Shown here piece by piece: positions 1-11,658 of a stretch of 54,791 nt of DNA; position 1 is the stretch's first letter; every line of letters begins with the position of its first letter. Where the stretch lies: NCBI RefSeq assembly GCF_001194135.2, contig NC_068986.1, forward strand, positions 67,958,069 through 68,012,859. The letters run 5' to 3'. The stretch comes from Octopus bimaculoides (lineage: Eukaryota). Below the pieces are notes generated by a model. That model saw only the letters and a program-made list of their open reading frames with translations. It did no database searches and was not told the DNA's origin. The position numbers and the translations under genes were made by a program.

Positions 1-240
1 AGACGACCCGATGCGATTAGTCCAAGTCCACATTGGCACATTCGGGTTGTCTAGTCGATACCTGTCGGACAGCTGAAAGCGTTTGAGCAGGTTGGCGAGG
101 CTCTTGCATCCCCCTTTCCTATTAGATGCTCCTGCACCCACCCTATTGATACGTTCGTCTAGGACAGCGTTCCAGTCCCCAACTAGCACTAAAGTGCGAG
201 AAGTACCTAGGAAAACCTCCAGACGTTTGAAATAATACGT
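1..240 (-). pseudogene. L1/Tx1-like LINE ORF2 fragment, apurinic-like endonuclease (APE) C-terminal half; runs off the window start
   Basis: Hand translation of minus 240->1 is stop-free: TYYFKRLEVFLGTSRTLVLVGDWNAVLDERINRVGAGASNRKGGCKSLANLLKRFQLSDRYRLDNPNVPMWTWTNRIGSS. GDWN, L-x-D-x-YR and WTW-x-N match L1/Tx1-type APE motifs. It has no Met, so it is absent from the ORF track. Confidence 0.85.
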
Positions 241-540
241 GTTCATTTTTGGTGTTGATAGCTGTTACGTTTGTGGTGAGTGTGAGTGTTGGTGTTTGCG
301 GTGGAGAAGGTGTTGCTATTTGTTGTAAGTGTGTGTTGTTGTTGCCGATGATGTTGAGAAGCTCATCTTTTTCGCACCTCCCCTCTTTGTCAATTGTTTC
401 TTTTGTCTTTCTTCTTCGTTTTTTTTGTTGGTAGTACAGCTTCAGAAAACAGCGTTATTAGAGACAGCTAGGATACTTAGGAGGGTTCTTAGCATCTAAG
501 GCTACTTGTTGCAGCCCGTCTAATCTGTTGTGTGTATATG

Positions 541-706
541 AATAATAAGAATAATAATCCTTTCTACTAAAAAGTACAAGGCCTGAAATTTGGTGGGAGT
601 GGACTAGTCGATTACATTGACCCCAGTGTTTCACTGGTACTTAATTTGAAAGGATGAAAGGCAAAGTCGACCTCGGCGAAACCGGAACTCAGAACATAAA
701 GACGAG
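541..706 (-). mobile_element. SINE family A, 5'-truncated, with (ATT)n-like tail
   Basis: Reverse complement shares gaggtcgactttgcctttcatccttt...aagtaccag...ggggtcaatgtaatcgact...ggccttgtac with the copies at 3950, 8427, 9050 and 16895. Confidence 0.85.
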
Positions 707-710
707 CGAG

Positions 711-815
711 GTAGTGGGGTAACATCATAGCCATGTGTTGAGAGGAATTCTTTGGGGTTTGAACTATTCACCTCTGGAAACATAGGTGCTTTGTTCATCA
801 TCCATAAACAAACCT
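711..815 (-). mobile_element. SINE-like repeat family E fragment
   Basis: Reverse complement matches 6235-6330 (tttcc..aggtgaa...aaaccccaaagaattcctctcaacacatggctatgatg). Confidence 0.8.
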
Positions 816-1082
816 TTTTCACCCTTTTGAGCAGGATAGGCTACTCGACCTGAAGAAAACTCTAACTGGACTTCACCTGCGAGGTCATGTGCTGTTTATC
901 CTGATATGAGATAATCATGTCGCGCACATATGGTTGCGATGCATGTACCTGGCGTACCCTAATCAGCCGGATCGTCATGATGGGTATATTGGGGTTCGTA
1001 CATTTGTACCCCCGTGTCACTTTGATGGCATGCGCTGCTCTCTCACTCAGTAATATTACTAATAATAATGATGATAATAATG
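816..1082 (+). mobile_element. Retroposon 3' end (family F) with (AAT)n tail
   Basis: GC-richer block ending ctctctcactcag followed by an aat/gat tail. Single copy in the window, so the assignment rests on structure and recollection. Confidence 0.5.
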
Positions 1083-1194
1083 TTTCTGATTTAGACAAGG
1101 GCGGTATTTTTGATCAGAATGGTTAGTCAATAACATTAGCTCCATTACAATGCTGCTACCTCCACCACACAAAGATGATTTTAAAAACCCTTTA

Positions 1195-1250
1195 GAATGG
1201 TGCTCCAGTATGACCGCAATCAAATGACTGAAACAAGCAAAAGAATAGAA
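1195..1250 (+). mobile_element. SINE family B 3' end
   Basis: ggtgctccagtatgaccgcaatcaaatgactgaaacaagcaaaag matches the 3' end of the copy at 23243-23712. Confidence 0.8.
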
Positions 1251-2779
1251 TATATATATATATATATANNNNNNNNNNNNNNNNNNNNNNNNNNNNNNNN
1301 NNNNNNNNNNNNNNNNNNNNNNNNNNNNNNNNNNNNNNNNNNNNNNNNNNNNNNNNNNNNNNNNNNNNNNNNNNNNNNNNNNNNNNNNNNNNNNNNNNNN
1401 NNNNNNNNNNNNNNNNNNNNNNNNNNNNNNNNNNNNNNNNNNNNNNNNNNNNNNNNNNNNNNNNNNNNNNNNNNNNNNNNNNNNNNNNNNNNNNNNNNNN
1501 NNNNNNNNNNNNNNNNNNNNNNNNNNNNNNNNNNNNNNNNNNNNNNNNNNNNNNNNNNNNNNNNNNNNNNNNNNNNNNNNNNNNNNNNNNNNNNNNNNNN
1601 NNNNNNNNNNNNNNNNNNNNNNNNNNNNNNNNNNNNNNNNNNNNNNNNNNNNNNNNNNNNNNNNNNNNNNNNNNNNNNNNNNNNNNNNNNNNNNNNNNNN
1701 NNNNNNNNNNNNNNNNNNNNNNNNNNNNNNNNNNNNNNNNNNNNNNNNNNNNNNNNNNNNNNNNNNNNNNNNNNNNNNNNNNNNNNNNNNNNNNNNNNNN
1801 NNNNNNNNNNNNNNNNNNNNNNNNNNNNNNNNNNNNNNNNNNNNNNNNNNNNNNNNNNNNNNNNNNNNNNNNNNNNNNNNNNNNNNNNNNNNNNNCAGCT
1901 ACAAAAGTTGCCAATATTTTATTGGGTACCGCTTAAATTTTATCAGCTGAAAGTATCTTTAAAAGATTCTCTCTCTCCCACCCTCTTCCTCTCTATCTTT
2001 CCCTCTCTCTCTCTCTATCTTTCTCTCTCTCTCTCTCTCTCTCTCTCGCTCTCTTTCTCTCTTTCTCTTTATCTCACTCATTTCCTTTAATTTTTTTCTT
2101 TTTCGTTTCTCTTGCGCAGCATCTGAAGACTTTCCATGAAAATAATGTAATTTTTGTTGGTTTTTTATTCGCCTGTGCACAGCAGTCATATTTTACATTC
2201 ATTGATGTAAGGTGCTACAGTTTTGACAACAGACCAAGATATATTGGCGTTGTTTCTTTACACTTCAAACTTATGTTGTATAGAGATAACGATATTGAAC
2301 TTTGTTTATCTCTGGATATGAAGGAGTGGATATACACAGTATGTCCGATCTTGAACATAAGACCGATGTAATTATTCTCATTACCAACCGCAGTAGATAT
2401 CTTGGCTCGATATACTAGTGTCTGTGTTAAGCACCTGCCATTCAGAAGACAGTATCCATAATTGCTGCAGATGTACTGCAGTTGGGGGCTTGACTTAATC
2501 TTTAAATGTGTGATTATTTTTTTATTGCTTTTAGCTTAAGATGGCAAATGATGATATTTTTGTTCTGCTATAACTCTTTACATTGTTTTTGATGTCAAAT
2601 TTTATTTGTGGCTACTTTAGAAGTTTTTTTCTTATAATTATAAAAAACTACTGCTATTTAAATGCTACGTTCACACTGAAATTGAACTTTGTCTTTCCCT
2701 CATTTTTCTGGTCTATGAATCTCCCTTCCAATACCATTAGTACTTAATTTGTCTTCGTTCAAGGATAAAAACAAACAGG

Positions 2780-3030
2780 ACAAAGATCTTTCCCGAGTCA
2801 TATACTCTTATAGGGCCGGTTTCCCGGATTTTGTGGCATATATATTCCTCCACCTGGACGGGACGTCGGTCTGTCGCAAGATTACTCATTTTTGCCAGTC
2901 GAGCGAACTGGAGCAGCGTCGAATGAAGTGTTTTGCTCAAGAACGCAACACGTCGCCCGATCCAGGAACTGAAACCATAATCTTACGATCAGGAGTCCAA
3001 CACCCTAACCACTAAGCAGCGCGTCTCCAC
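2780..3030 (-). mobile_element. tRNA-headed SINE (family D-like variant)
   Basis: Minus strand starts gtggagacgcgctgcttagtggttagggtgttggactc... with A-box and B-box-like motifs, then ttcttgagcaaaacac...ctccagttc, shared with 21993-22315 and 51053-51385. Confidence 0.75.
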
Positions 3031-3774
3031 CCAAGGATAAAATATGCATCATTTTATTCATGTTGCTGAGTTATTTATGATTGCAAGGTATAGCAAGAAT
3101 TTCTGATGTTATGTAGTCAGTCTTTGTTAGGATATTATTTACTAGTGTTTATATCTATGTAATGTAATAGCTAATAGGTTTTAAATGCCCATATCTTATG
3201 TTAGTTCAAGTTAAATCCTCTCAAAATTTCTAGTAAAACATTCCTAAACTTATCCAAAGGGACATGAGATTATTTGTGCTTTGAGTGTTGAATTTGTCTC
3301 GGGAACTATCTACAATGTTACAAGCACAAAACTCACACATTTCAGCTCTATCATAATCTACTCAGACATCAAATAGAACACCGCCTTCCTTTTTCTCCGG
3401 AAGGAATCATTACAGAAGTTTAGGGACTTCCTAATGTGCATTATAACAGTAATATCGGTCTCCCTAATGGTAGCGAAATTATTGTTGATTTCTTGTGGTT
3501 TTTCGATGAGGGAGTGTTGTGACAAACGTATAAAATTCTACTTTTTCAAACTTGGTGACTTTGTGATAAGTGTTATTGATGTTATCGATTCCCTTCATTA
3601 CCGAGACGCTGTTATTCTATAAATAAAATTGTGTTATATATAATTTGTAGTTTAATAACGTTTAGAATGTATTTGCTTACGACAATGTTTGTATTTAGTT
3701 GTTTATATAAGAACTTCTCTATCGTTTATCATTAGCTGGGATGCTAGTGTTTGTATTTCAGATCGAGTTGTCTA

Positions 3775-4134
3775 TCCCGCACAAAAGGTCCCTGAATAAG
3801 GGTTGTTTAAGGAAGTTGAACGAAACACCCCTTTTGGGGTCAATAAATTAAGTACCAGTGAAAACTCTGGTGTCGATGCAATCGACTAGTCACCTCCCCT
3901 AAAATTTCTGGCCTTGTGCCTTCCGTACAAAGAATTATAATTACTATTATGCTGCGAGGTTGCAGAATCGTTAGTAGCAGCATTTCGTCTTTACGAGGTT
4001 CACATCCGCGGGGGTCATCTTTGCCTTTCATCCTTTTGAGGTCAATAGAGTAAGTACCAGTTGAGTGCTGGAGTTGAAGTAATCGACTTAACTCCTCCCG
4101 CCAAATTACAGACCTTATGCCTATAGTAGAAAGG

Positions 4135-4140
<6 letters not shown>
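3775..4140 (+). mobile_element. Family E head fused to a family A 3' half, followed by a near full-length family A SINE
   Basis: 3775-3830 matches 6205-6255 (ggtccctgaataag..ttgtttaagga). 3830-3945 and 3950-4140 match the family A consensus. Confidence 0.8.
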
Positions 4141-4179
<39 letters not shown>

Positions 4180-4185
4180 GTTATT

Positions 4186-4232
<47 letters not shown>

Positions 4233-4235
4233 TAC

Positions 4236-4283
<48 letters not shown>

Positions 4284-4312
4284 CATTATTATTATTATTA
4301 TCATTATTATTT
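4135..4312 (+). repeat. Compound (ATT)n-(ATC)n-(ATT)n microsatellite (SINE tail expansion)
   Basis: Directly visible; source of the poly-Ile, poly-Met and poly-Ser spurious ORFs. Confidence 0.97.
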
Positions 4313-4921
4313 CGTGTTTTTTATTCATCCATGTTTCCATTTGTCTATTTATTCACTTAGTTGGCACGTTCCTTACATTTTCTCTCATATAATTCCTTTC
4401 AGGCTTTCTCAGCTCTCATATATACAATATTACCTCCTTTCCCCCTTCTCTCTCTCACACACCTAGACCATCTCTCTCTCTCTTTCTCCTCTTTCTCTCA
4501 CACTCTCTTTTCCATTTTCCAGTGGAAAATATTTTACCCTTGCTAGTCACATCTTCTTCTCATTGAGTGGGTGACTTAAACTGCCCCGACCATATAAAAA
4601 GGGCGAAATCCATCATTTGTTCATATTTTGAAATGCCTTACCTGAGAAAGATTTTATGGAAAAGATTACTTTCTTTTTATCTATTCCGCAATAATTTGAA
4701 ACGTACATTGGAAATATCGTTACTTGAATTTGGCTTAATTATTATACATTATATGACTCCAACTCCATACTAACAACCACTAGCCGGTTCTTATTCCATT
4801 TACAGGGATCCTCCATCAGGGATTTGGAATGATTTATTCTATTTGACTCGAGTCGATAAATTCTGATAACGTGCAACGCTTCGAAATCTAACACGAGATA
4901 TACGTATACACACATACACAG

Positions 4922-4970
<49 letters not shown>

Positions 4971-4989
4971 AGCACATACACACATACAC

Positions 4990-5640
4990 GCACACACAGA
5001 TGTGTGGTCTGCATAGACGTTAAAGTATATAGTGAAAGCAATATAAAAAACGAAACACTTAAGAAGGGAAGGAATCCTAACGTTTCGGTCAGTAGTCTTT
5101 TATCAGCAGAAGGATATTGAAGAAAACTAAAGGATGTGAAAGATGAAAGGTGGTCGAGAACAAAATATGGGCGAGTGGGGGAGGGGAAATGAGAATGCAG
5201 TTCTACACAGAAGGAGATACGATCGAGGGAATGAAGTGGGGAGTGCAGGTATAGGAATATATATATATATTTTGAGATGGGCACAGGGAAGGAGCGCTTC
5301 TGTGTTCAGTGTGTAAGTATGTATAGGTTTGAAAGTGTGAAAGTATAGTGATGTAGGTTAGCGGGTATAAGCGTCTTGGAGTGTGTGTGTGTGTAATCGT
5401 TAAGTGGGGTGAGGAAATCCTAGAAGTGAGGAGATAGAAGCAGTCACGAGTGAGAGATAAAAAGGAGGGCGAAAGGAATGTAGAAGTGTGACAGAAAAGT
5501 ATATAGGAGTATAGGTGTAAGTTCTTGCAATATGGAAGCGAGTTATGAGCTAGAGAAGAAAGATAAGGTACGATACAACTCTAGTGGAAAACAAAATTAG
5601 TTCTGTAAGGGACTAAATTTAATGAGACACGTAGGGACAA
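4990..5640 (-). mobile_element. Putative PLE pseudo-LTR-like tail carrying a degenerate hammerhead-like motif
   Basis: Minus strand is pyrimidine-rich and contains CTGATAA-AAGAC-TACT-GACC-GAAAC-GTTAGG (5106->5077), the same layout as 50163-50189. Confidence 0.45.
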
Positions 5641-6199
5641 GAGGAATGCGATAGAAATGTTTCATTGTAATAATTTTTTCTCTTATTTGTCTCTAATTTT
5701 CCTCGAGTTTTTCCCTAATCCCTATTAATTTTCTCTCACTTTCCGCTCCCTGATCTGACTTCATCCTTTCTATCATTCCTATCCTTTTGTCTACTCTTAT
5801 TTTTCTTCTCCCTTACGCTTATACGCATTAGGTTCACCCTTATCACATTCCTCTTGCTCTACCACTACCACGTGCCTCATTAATTTTCTTCCCTCACAGA
5901 ACTAATATTTTACACTGATGTTGTATTGTGCCTTCCTTTTTTCTTTATTGTTCATAACTTCTATATTACAGTATCGCACAGCCATACCTTTACGTGCACG
6001 TCTAGCACTCCTATATTTCACTACATTTTGCCTCACACGCCCACCAATTCCCATCGCCTCACTCCCACATAACAATTACACACACGCACCCACACTTCGA
6101 TATTCCACACCCCCAACTGTACTTTAGACATACAATATACCGCATAGCTGCACACGCAGCACTTCCTCTTAAGCTTATCTCAAAACATAGATGAGATAG

Positions 6200-6542
6200 A
6201 ACAGTCAAACGGTCCCTGAATAAGATTTGTTTAAGGATATTGAGCAAAACACCCATGTTTCCAAAGGTGAATTATTGAAACCCCAAAGAATTCCTCTCAA
6301 CACATGGCTATGATGCTCCCCCACTACTTCTGCTCATGATCATAGATGCACATATCATCAGCCACCAAGGGACATGCTCAACTGGTTAAGATCAAACAAC
6401 TGACAAGCAAATCTGTAGTATTAAGCAGAATATTTGCTGTAGCCCATCTTTTTATACCAAGACAAAACAATGTACATTATACCACTTCCAATTAGTTAAG
6501 ATCAGAAGTCATGAGAGCCACTGCCTGGTTCTGCATCCGGGC

Positions 6543-6545
<3 letters not shown>
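6200..6545 (+). mobile_element. Repeat family E, longest copy, ending in an (ATT)n array (6543-6662)
   Basis: Homologous to 711-815 (minus) and 3775-3830; microsatellite tail. Confidence 0.75.
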
Positions 6546-6608
<63 letters not shown>

Positions 6609-6610
6609 CA

Positions 6611-6662
<52 letters not shown>

Positions 6663-7514
6663 GTCTACTACTTCTGTTACTACTACTACTGCTGCCACTA
6701 CTACTACCACCTTTGTTGTCAGTTGTAATATATATATACATATATATACATATACTATAAATCACATTTATATAAACATAGCACATAGTTATGCATATGT
6801 TACTATTTGGACGTGTGTGTGTGTTTAGAAAGATTGCAAAGCATCATTTTGCTTGGAGCAGTTTATTTCACTCTGTAAGATTTGGAGCCATACGTTACAA
6901 CAATATCTTCTCGGGCATTCTTTTAATCTCTCCCCGACCTTTTAAACAGCAACAATTTTAACGACGACGTTGATGATGACGATACTCATAATGATCATGA
7001 TGATTATGACGGCGACGACGATCGCAATCATTATAATAACTACTGAAATGATAATAATTTTAGAATAAGAAATACGCCATCTTTGTTATAGAAATCTAAT
7101 CCTCCCTGCCTCTCTCCGCTACCAAGATCAACGATATTATTCGTTTCTACGCTGTATTAGATGCAAATGTTTAGAAGTAATAATCTCTTTATTATTCCAT
7201 CAATCAACATCATTTTCATTCCCAGAAAAGCCAATAGAAGCCAATTTGGCTGCAGCTGTTTGCGGTTGTATTGAGCAAAAGTAAAGCTTCAGGCTGCCGC
7301 AATGTCAGTTAGTAGCCATTTTATCAGTCAGGAGTTAAAGAATGAAAAATCTATGAAATAAGTGAAATGGGATCTGGATCTATTCAGCTGTGTTAGCCCT
7401 ATATAGGGGGAAATTAAAGATCGGGCTGAACAGCCAATAAATTTTCGTTATTTCTCCGAAAAATAAGCATTGGTGAGAATAAATGTCAACATCAGTGATT
7501 TGTGTCAGTGTGTG

Positions 7515-7925
7515 TTCTTGATAATGCTTGTACGTCTGTGTGTGTGTGTATGTGTGTATTTGCGTGCGTGTGTGTGTGCGTGCGCATGTGTGTGTATGCG
7601 TGCGCTTGGTATTTCACTCTTGTACATTCATGTTTTTATATGCGCACTCATGCACCGTTTTCATTGGGATGATGTTTTGTGAGAATATTTGTGTGAATAT
7701 GATAGATACGGATCCCATACGCACCTACTTGAGTAAGCATGTAAATGAATTGTATAGGTTTTACATGGATGCGTGTATATATGCATACGGTTAAATGTGT
7801 CATGTACATGCTAGTGTGTATGTGTAGGTGTGATAATGTGCCAGTGTGCCCGTATGTGTATTTGTGTCAATGTTTGTGTATGTATGCTAGAATGTGTGTA
7901 TTTTATGTATGTATGTATGAATGTT
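7515..7925. repeat. Degenerate (TG)n/(TATG)n low-complexity tract
   Basis: Directly visible; yields Cys/Val/Tyr-rich spurious ORFs. Confidence 0.85.
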
Positions 7926-8426
7926 TCAGTATTTATAACTAGACAGGGATTGATGATATCCACTTAGATTCTGAAATTTGTAGTACTCCCATACATTGAG
8001 AGTAAACGAAAATTGTTGATGTACAAGCTGTTTGTAATTTATTTAAATAATCAAATGACAGAAACGGTTGAACGCCGGAAAAAAGCACTTGTTTTTAGTT
8101 ACGTCTCTTTACATATTGAGTTCAAACGTAGCTTCGGTTGTAGACGTTCAACCTGACGACATACTAGTCATCATTCGAGTTTGGGACTTGTTGTTTTTGA
8201 TTTTTTTTTTTATGGTGGTGAAGTTGCTTTTCTGTGTTGAAGTTAAATAGAATTGGATTCGGTACACAGAATAACCGTAATTATTTAGCTATGAGTGTTC
8301 TCTTTCAGCGTTCACATCCCGAACAAATTAACTTTGCCTTTCATGCTTCTGGGTGGGAAGCTAATACATTCAAGTAACACTAGGATTGATTTGGTCTTGT
8401 CAGAAATCCTTATTACGACTAATATT

Positions 8427-9260
8427 AAGGCAGTGAACTGGCAGAATCGTTGGCTGGGAAAAATGCTTAGCGTCATTTCGTCCGTTTTCATGTTTTGAGT
8501 TCAAATTCCGCCGAGGTCAACTTTGCTTTTCATTCTTTCAGGGTCAATAAAATAAGTGCCAGTTGAGCACTGGGGTGAGTGTAATCGATTTACCCTCTTC
8601 CCCTGAACTTGCTGGCCTTGTACCAAAATCTGAAACCAATATCAAGGCAATGCGTTGGCTGAACCGTTACCACACCGGACAAAATGCTTAGCGTCATTTC
8701 GACTGTTTTTATGTTTTGAGCACACCCAAAGTCGACTTTGCTTTTCATCGTTTTGGGGTCGTAAAATAAGTATCAGTCAAGTACTAGGGTCGATGTAATC
8801 GACTTTCATGCTTCCTTCAAAATCCTCTGGCCCAATACCAAAATTCGAAACCGTTATTACTACTAAAACTGAGGATGCCACTTCTGTTACTAACAACAAA
8901 ATCTACCACCTACCTGTGATTGCCTGCAAAGGTTACAGAATGAATAGAAATAGACCATAGAATGGTAAAATGTTAAAATGATAATAATGATATGTTTCGA
9001 GAACACCAATCTATTCGGTCCAATAATATACTGATATTATATGTTGTTATAAGACTTCGAGCTGGCAGAATAGTTAGCATGCCGGGTAAAATGCTTAGCG
9101 GCATTTCGTCCATCCCTTACGTTCCACCGAGGCCGATTTGCCTTTCATCCTTTCGGGGTCGATGAATTAAGTACCAACTGAGCACTGAGGCTGGTATAAT
9201 TGACTAACTCCCACCCCACCGAAATTTCTGTCCGTGTGCCAAAATTTGAAGTCGATATTA
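8427..9260 (+). mobile_element. Cluster of three co-oriented family A SINEs (about 8427-8642, 8645-8860, 9050-9260)
   Basis: Each has the (gc)tgg..gaa.cgtt...aaaatgcttagcg.catttcg head and the tttgc.tttcat...ggggtc...aagta..ag core. More decayed copies appear to lie at about 8060-8130 and 8300-8400. Confidence 0.85.
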
Positions 9261-10231
9261 TAGGTTGTTGTTTTTTTCTTTGTCTATTGCGATTTGAACT
9301 CAAAACGCCAATTCCTGTCGCTCGAGTTTAAAGATGTGTAATTATATATGACAAACTCTTTTGGTCGGGCACTCTATTGATGCTCGATATGTAATAATTT
9401 TCAGCTTATGGACGATACTGCATGGGTGTGGGTGGATATTCGATTAAACCAACTTAAATGAAAATACAATAATAACAATGATACCGCTCTCTTTAAAATA
9501 TTAATAATTTTTGTTTACTTTGGGTTTCCATTAAGCTGGCGGATTTGTTAATAACAAATTGGAAAATATTTGCTTTGCTTTACAAAAAAGATTGGAGATT
9601 GTATTTAACACTAATCTCAAATAATACCTTCTGGTTAAAAATGTAGTCTTTAATTATTCATAATGAAAATAGTCCACATAGTTTTAAGTGATTTGATATT
9701 AAGAAGCAAGTGGTGTATTGTTTTTGTAAATAAAATCTATAATTATGCCTTCTTCGTTTGATTGAGTTTAATTTTAATTGTGTACCTTAATCAGGTGATG
9801 GCTTGGTCGTTATGTACCTGACCTGGGGGTGTATACTATCATGAGTATTACCAGTAGTCCTTCAGTGTTTATGTTGGATTCTCCATCAGTGACGACGATG
9901 AGCATTCAGTTGTTAGATTACCTGACTTGCTACTAATGAAATTAACGTGAAATAGGTTGATTATTGCAAAGAAATGTTTACTCTCAACGCAATTCGTAGA
10001 GTAAATCAAGGTGACACAATGTGAAACAGGTACAATCTAGAGGGGGAAAAGAATGGAAAGAATCGCTCCCAGTTTTTTTTTTTTTACTAATTCACCTCTC
10101 AATGTTAAGAGACAAAGTAGAACTGTGTAGAATTTAAAGTGTAGAGAGCCGCTAGAGCAAATAACGCAATGTGTTCTATCTGACTCTCTCAATGCCACTT
10201 CACCACATTTTCAGTGCTTGTACACTATATG

Positions 10232-10265
<34 letters not shown>

Positions 10266-10682
10266 CGATGTGGTATCAAAACGTTCCCGGACTAGTTCTG
10301 TAGCGCGTCAGCAGATGACAGCACACGGTTGCGTGCGCAGTGAGAGCTAGTAGTGACTTTCATGAGGTAGTGTGTACCGAGTGACATCGCTGTGTTTACT
10401 TCGCAAGTTGTGAATTTAGTGTTTTTGTGATCACGTATCTAATGTAGTCTGCGATTTCGTTATGAATAGGAACAAAGAACCATCGTGACATTTTGCTTTA
10501 AACTTGGGAAGTCTGCTAGAGAGACATTGAGCACGCTTCGACAAGCTTACTGCGATGAAGCAATGAGTCATACGCAATGTTTCGAGTGGCACTGGCGCTT
10601 CAAAAGCGGAAGAATGTCCCTGGAAGACCATGAGCTATCTGGAAGACCATGAGCTATCTGGAAGACCTGCCACGAGCGTCAC
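10266..10682 (+). mobile_element. Mariner transposon 5' fragment: TIR plus transposase N-terminal HTH
   Basis: TA|CGATGTGGTATCAAAACGTTCCCGGACT terminus. From 10470 it reads EQRTIVTFCFKLGKSARETLSTLRQAYCDEAMSHTQCFEWHWRFKSGRMSLEDHELSGRP, matching the mariner F.WF.RFK.G..S.ED..RSGRP motif. Confidence 0.9.
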
Positions 10683-10724
10683 GCATCAGTCGGCTCATCG
10701 TCTTATTTACCCTAAATAATTCTT

Positions 10725-11110
10725 TTGTACTACAGGCACAAAATCAGAAATTTTGGTGGGAAGGAGTGAGTCGATTATATCAACACAGGTACTTGACTTG
10801 TTCTTATTCCATCGACCGCGTAAGAATGAAAGGCAAAGCCAACCTCAGCAGAATTTAAACTCAGAACGTAAAGATGGACGAAATGACGTGAAGCATTTTA
10901 TCCGGGCTGCTAACGATTCTGCCAACTCACTACTTTACTTATCTTAAATAATTATTGCGAATTTAGGCACAAGGGCAACAATTTTGAAGGGTGGGGTCAG
11001 TAGATACCATTGACTTCATTTATTGACTGGTACTTTATGTTACTGACCCCAAAAGGATGAAAGTCAAAGTTGATTTCGACGAGACTTTAATTCAGAATGC
11101 CGCAAGGCAG
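10725..11110 (-). mobile_element. Two co-oriented family A SINEs (10725-10935 full, 10950-11110 partial)
   Basis: Reverse complement of the family A consensus (gaaaggcaaagccaacctc, ctaacgattctgccaactc). Confidence 0.85.
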
Positions 11111-11571
11111 TTTTTGTTTTCAGCGTTCTGGTGAATCTTGGGCCATTTATTTGTATCCTAGATTATAAAACAAAAAATCTTTGTATTTAGAATTTTATCC
11201 ACAACTACACTTCTGTAATGTCAGTCCCCTTATTAGTAATAAAGCTCTTCATTTTCTGTCAGCTGGCTGGAGAACATTAACTTCATTAAAAAAACAGTAA
11301 ATACTTTTTATTGATTTGTGTGCGCAGGCAGTTTAGAGTCGGCTCTTTTGGTATCTGATAGGGAGATAGCTAACAAGCTAGAAACGTATCTACCAGCCCA
11401 GAAGGCGCTTTGAGCTAACAATGGTGTTCTTACACCTTTTTACCTAAAGTGAGAATTTTTTCTCCACGGTAAACTGCAGTAAATTACCTTTACAAGTTGA
11501 AATACTAAAATATGTCCCAAACACCTGAACTGGCTTCAAGTTTACTTTCCATCACTGTTTCGTGCAACTGC

Positions 11572-11654
<83 letters not shown>

Positions 11655-11658
<4 letters not shown>

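Noticed and set aside
3580-3610. cccttcattaccgagac resembling the 33-kb hammerhead half (also ctgaaga at about 38049)
   Set aside because: The core is broken and there is no GAAA or stem partner, so it is too degenerate to call.
4567-4600. GDLNCPD resembling the APE GDFN motif
   Set aside because: An isolated 7-residue similarity with no flanking APE motifs.
7398-7407. Perfect CArG box CCTATATAGG with nearby AGCCAAT motifs
   Set aside because: A few CC(W)6GG matches are expected by chance in about 50 kb of AT-rich DNA, and there is no associated gene.
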